A DNA stretch of 63,733 bases, counting the filler, from Octopus bimaculoides (lineage: Eukaryota), in assembly GCF_001194135.2 (NCBI RefSeq). It is 6 parts of 6 records of this genome, joined end to end, with 100 filler letters (N's around TTAATTAATTAA, not from the genome) between each part and the next. Parts side by side here need not be neighbours in the genome. Positions count along the whole stretch, not along the records: positions 61,623 to 63,733 come from NW_026374853.1; 5 more parts are not named here. The stretch is one strand, 5' to 3'. This document shows positions 61,658 to 63,733 of this stretch, in pieces (within the stretch, counting starts at the first letter, position 1; every line of letters starts with the position of its first letter). A program made the position numbers and the translations under genes. The notes beneath the pieces are model-generated. The model was not told the DNA's origin. It searched no databases and worked only from the letters and a program-made list of their open reading frames with translations.

Positions 61658-63574
61658 TCTCTCTCGAAATGTTAGAATAGAAATAATAAAATAAAAAAAG
61701 CGTTGAATAATGTAAAAAGTATTTTTAAAATGACATGCTTCCGTTACATTTTGTCGTGTGATACCATCTTTCTTTTTCTTTTACTATTCTGACAATCTGT
61801 TGATCATGATATCATGTTACACATTCACTGAATTAACACAGCCTTGACTTTTGGCGCAATTATCGATCATACTGTCACGTGACCTCATTTGCAGACAAAA
61901 CATGCAGCTGTTATCCATGTTAATTTTTGGCTCGACTGTCATTCAAATAGTCACAACACCCCGTAACCTTGTGATGAGCTTTAACCAGCAAAACTACACC
62001 TCAACTGATTGCAAGTTTAACCATAATCTCTCTATAAAAGAGAAAGACTTTCCATCTCATGTCAGCCAAAGTTCAGGTCACTCCAGTCCTACTTTTGAAA
62101 ATCATAAAATCTTGAAACCGGTTTAGTAAAACATAAAAAAAAACTCTAAACTACATTTCTTCATGCTTCTCGTACGAAAATATTAGAATTGAAATTATCA
62201 ACAATATGTGAATTTAGTAAAAAAAAAAAAAAGTGGATAAAATATTGAACAGAGCAAATTTCTTTTCGTGTGTACATAGTTTTATACCGTTTTAAAATTA
62301 ATATTTCATTCATATCTTTGAAAATATTTATTGTTTTGTGTTCCAAATTTGTATAACGTTTGCATGTATCATATATTTTATTCAGTATAAATTTCGTTTG
62401 ATTTCCTTCGATATTATCAGAGTAATAGCAATTTTACTGAAACTTTTTAGTTGTGTACATACTTCTGAAAATAGAATGTAATAAACAAGTTATTAGCGCT
62501 TTAATGGGATGGNNNNNNNNNNNNNNNNNNNNNNNNNNNNNNNNNNNNNNNNNNNNNNNNNNNNNNNNNNNNNNNNNNNNNNNNNNNNNNNNNNNNNNNN
62601 NNNNNNNNNNNNNNNNNNNNNNNNNNNNNNNNNNNNNNNNNNNNNNNNNNNNNNNNNNNNNNNNNNNNNNNNNNNNNNNNNNNNNNNNNNNNNNNNNNNN
62701 NNNNNNNNNNNNNNNNNNNNNNNNNNNNNNNNNNNNNNNNNNNNNNNNNNNNNNNNNNNNNNNNNNNNNNNNNNNNNNNNNNNNNNNNNNNNNNNNNNNN
62801 NNNNNNNNNNNNNNNNNNNNNNNNNNNNNNNNNNNNNNNNNNNNNNNNNNNNNNNNNNNNNNNNNNNNNNNNNNNNNNNNNNNNNNNNNNNNNNNNNNNN
62901 NNNNNNNNNNNNNNNNNNNNNNNNNNNNNNNNNNNNNNNNNNNNNNNNNNNNNNNNNNNNNNNNNNNNNNNNNNNNNNNNNNNNNNNNNNNNNNNNNNNN
63001 NNNNNNNNNNNNNNNNNNNNNNNNNNNNNNNNNNNNNNNNNNNNNNNNNNNNNNNNATTCAGTACTTGCGAACAATGTAATGTTTATTTAGACTCAATTT
63101 TTTGATTTTTGTATTGTTTTTTTTTTTTTTGCAATTTGAATTTCCTGCGATTGCAATCATCGGGTTATCTGACGATCGCAATAACGCGAAACACGAGTGA
63201 CGTGGAAAATATTCAGTTTAAATAAACTACACGCACGCACACGTGCATACACATACACGCACGCACGCACTCACAAACGCACACACACACACATATATAT
63301 ACATATACATATATAGTTTTTGTTTCCTTTGTTGGACAAAAATATAAACGTGCTTAGCACAAAAGTGTGTTGAGAATGTGTATAATCTGTTGTATTTGAA
63401 TTCACGAGTAATGCAAACAGAGATTACTTGTCCGAACCACGGTTTCGGTCAGTTGACCTTTGAGTGTTAAGTACACATCAGTGGATCGATATGTATACAT
63501 ACATACATACATGATTGCATACATACGTACGTACGGATGTATGCATGGATCTGTGTGTGTGTGTGTGTGTGTGT

Positions 63575-63715
63575 TTGCACTCCGCCACCGATCGACAGTC
63601 GGTGCTGGTGTGTGCGTTTACGTCCCTGTAACTTAGCGGTTCAGCATAAGAGAGCCTATAGAATAAGTACTAGGCTTCAAAAATAACAAGTCCTAAGGTC
63701 TATTTGTACGACTAA
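63575..63715 (+). mobile_element. SINE family B central fragment
   Basis: gtttacgtccctgtaacttagcggttcagc..gaataagtactaggcttc..aagtcct..cgactaa. Confidence 0.85.
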
Positions 63716-63733
63716 TTATATGTATATATATAT

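Overview
AT-rich eukaryotic DNA, dense in repeats and microsatellites, with about 23 N-gaps (roughly 6-7 kb in total). The SINE/LINE repertoire resembles what I recall from Octopus (cephalopod) assemblies; this is inference, not a database result. I can support no intact host protein-coding gene, rRNA, tRNA or CRISPR array. Nearly all listed ORFs are microsatellite or gap artefacts, and the rest are transposon pseudogenes. The window is a nested transposon graveyard. It holds at least four tRNA-derived SINE families, mariner remnants (DD34D), a maT-like element (DD37D), and a TRT-like Tc1 element (DD37E) with long TIRs. It also holds MITE/foldback elements, Helitron pieces, CR1, HERO-like and R4/Dong-like non-LTR remnants, and Penelope-like remnants. 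The best leads are a well-formed minimal hammerhead ribozyme motif (54171-54207, minus), the DD37E element, tandem R4/Dong fragments sitting in (TAA)n, a LINE 3' tail shared with the dominant SINE, and interleaved inverted repeats at 37.0-37.9 kb. Two assembly artefacts are visible: an Illumina adapter fragment and five TTAATTAATTAA gap linkers. I found no convincing wholly new biological system. Family names come from motif recognition and need confirming by search.
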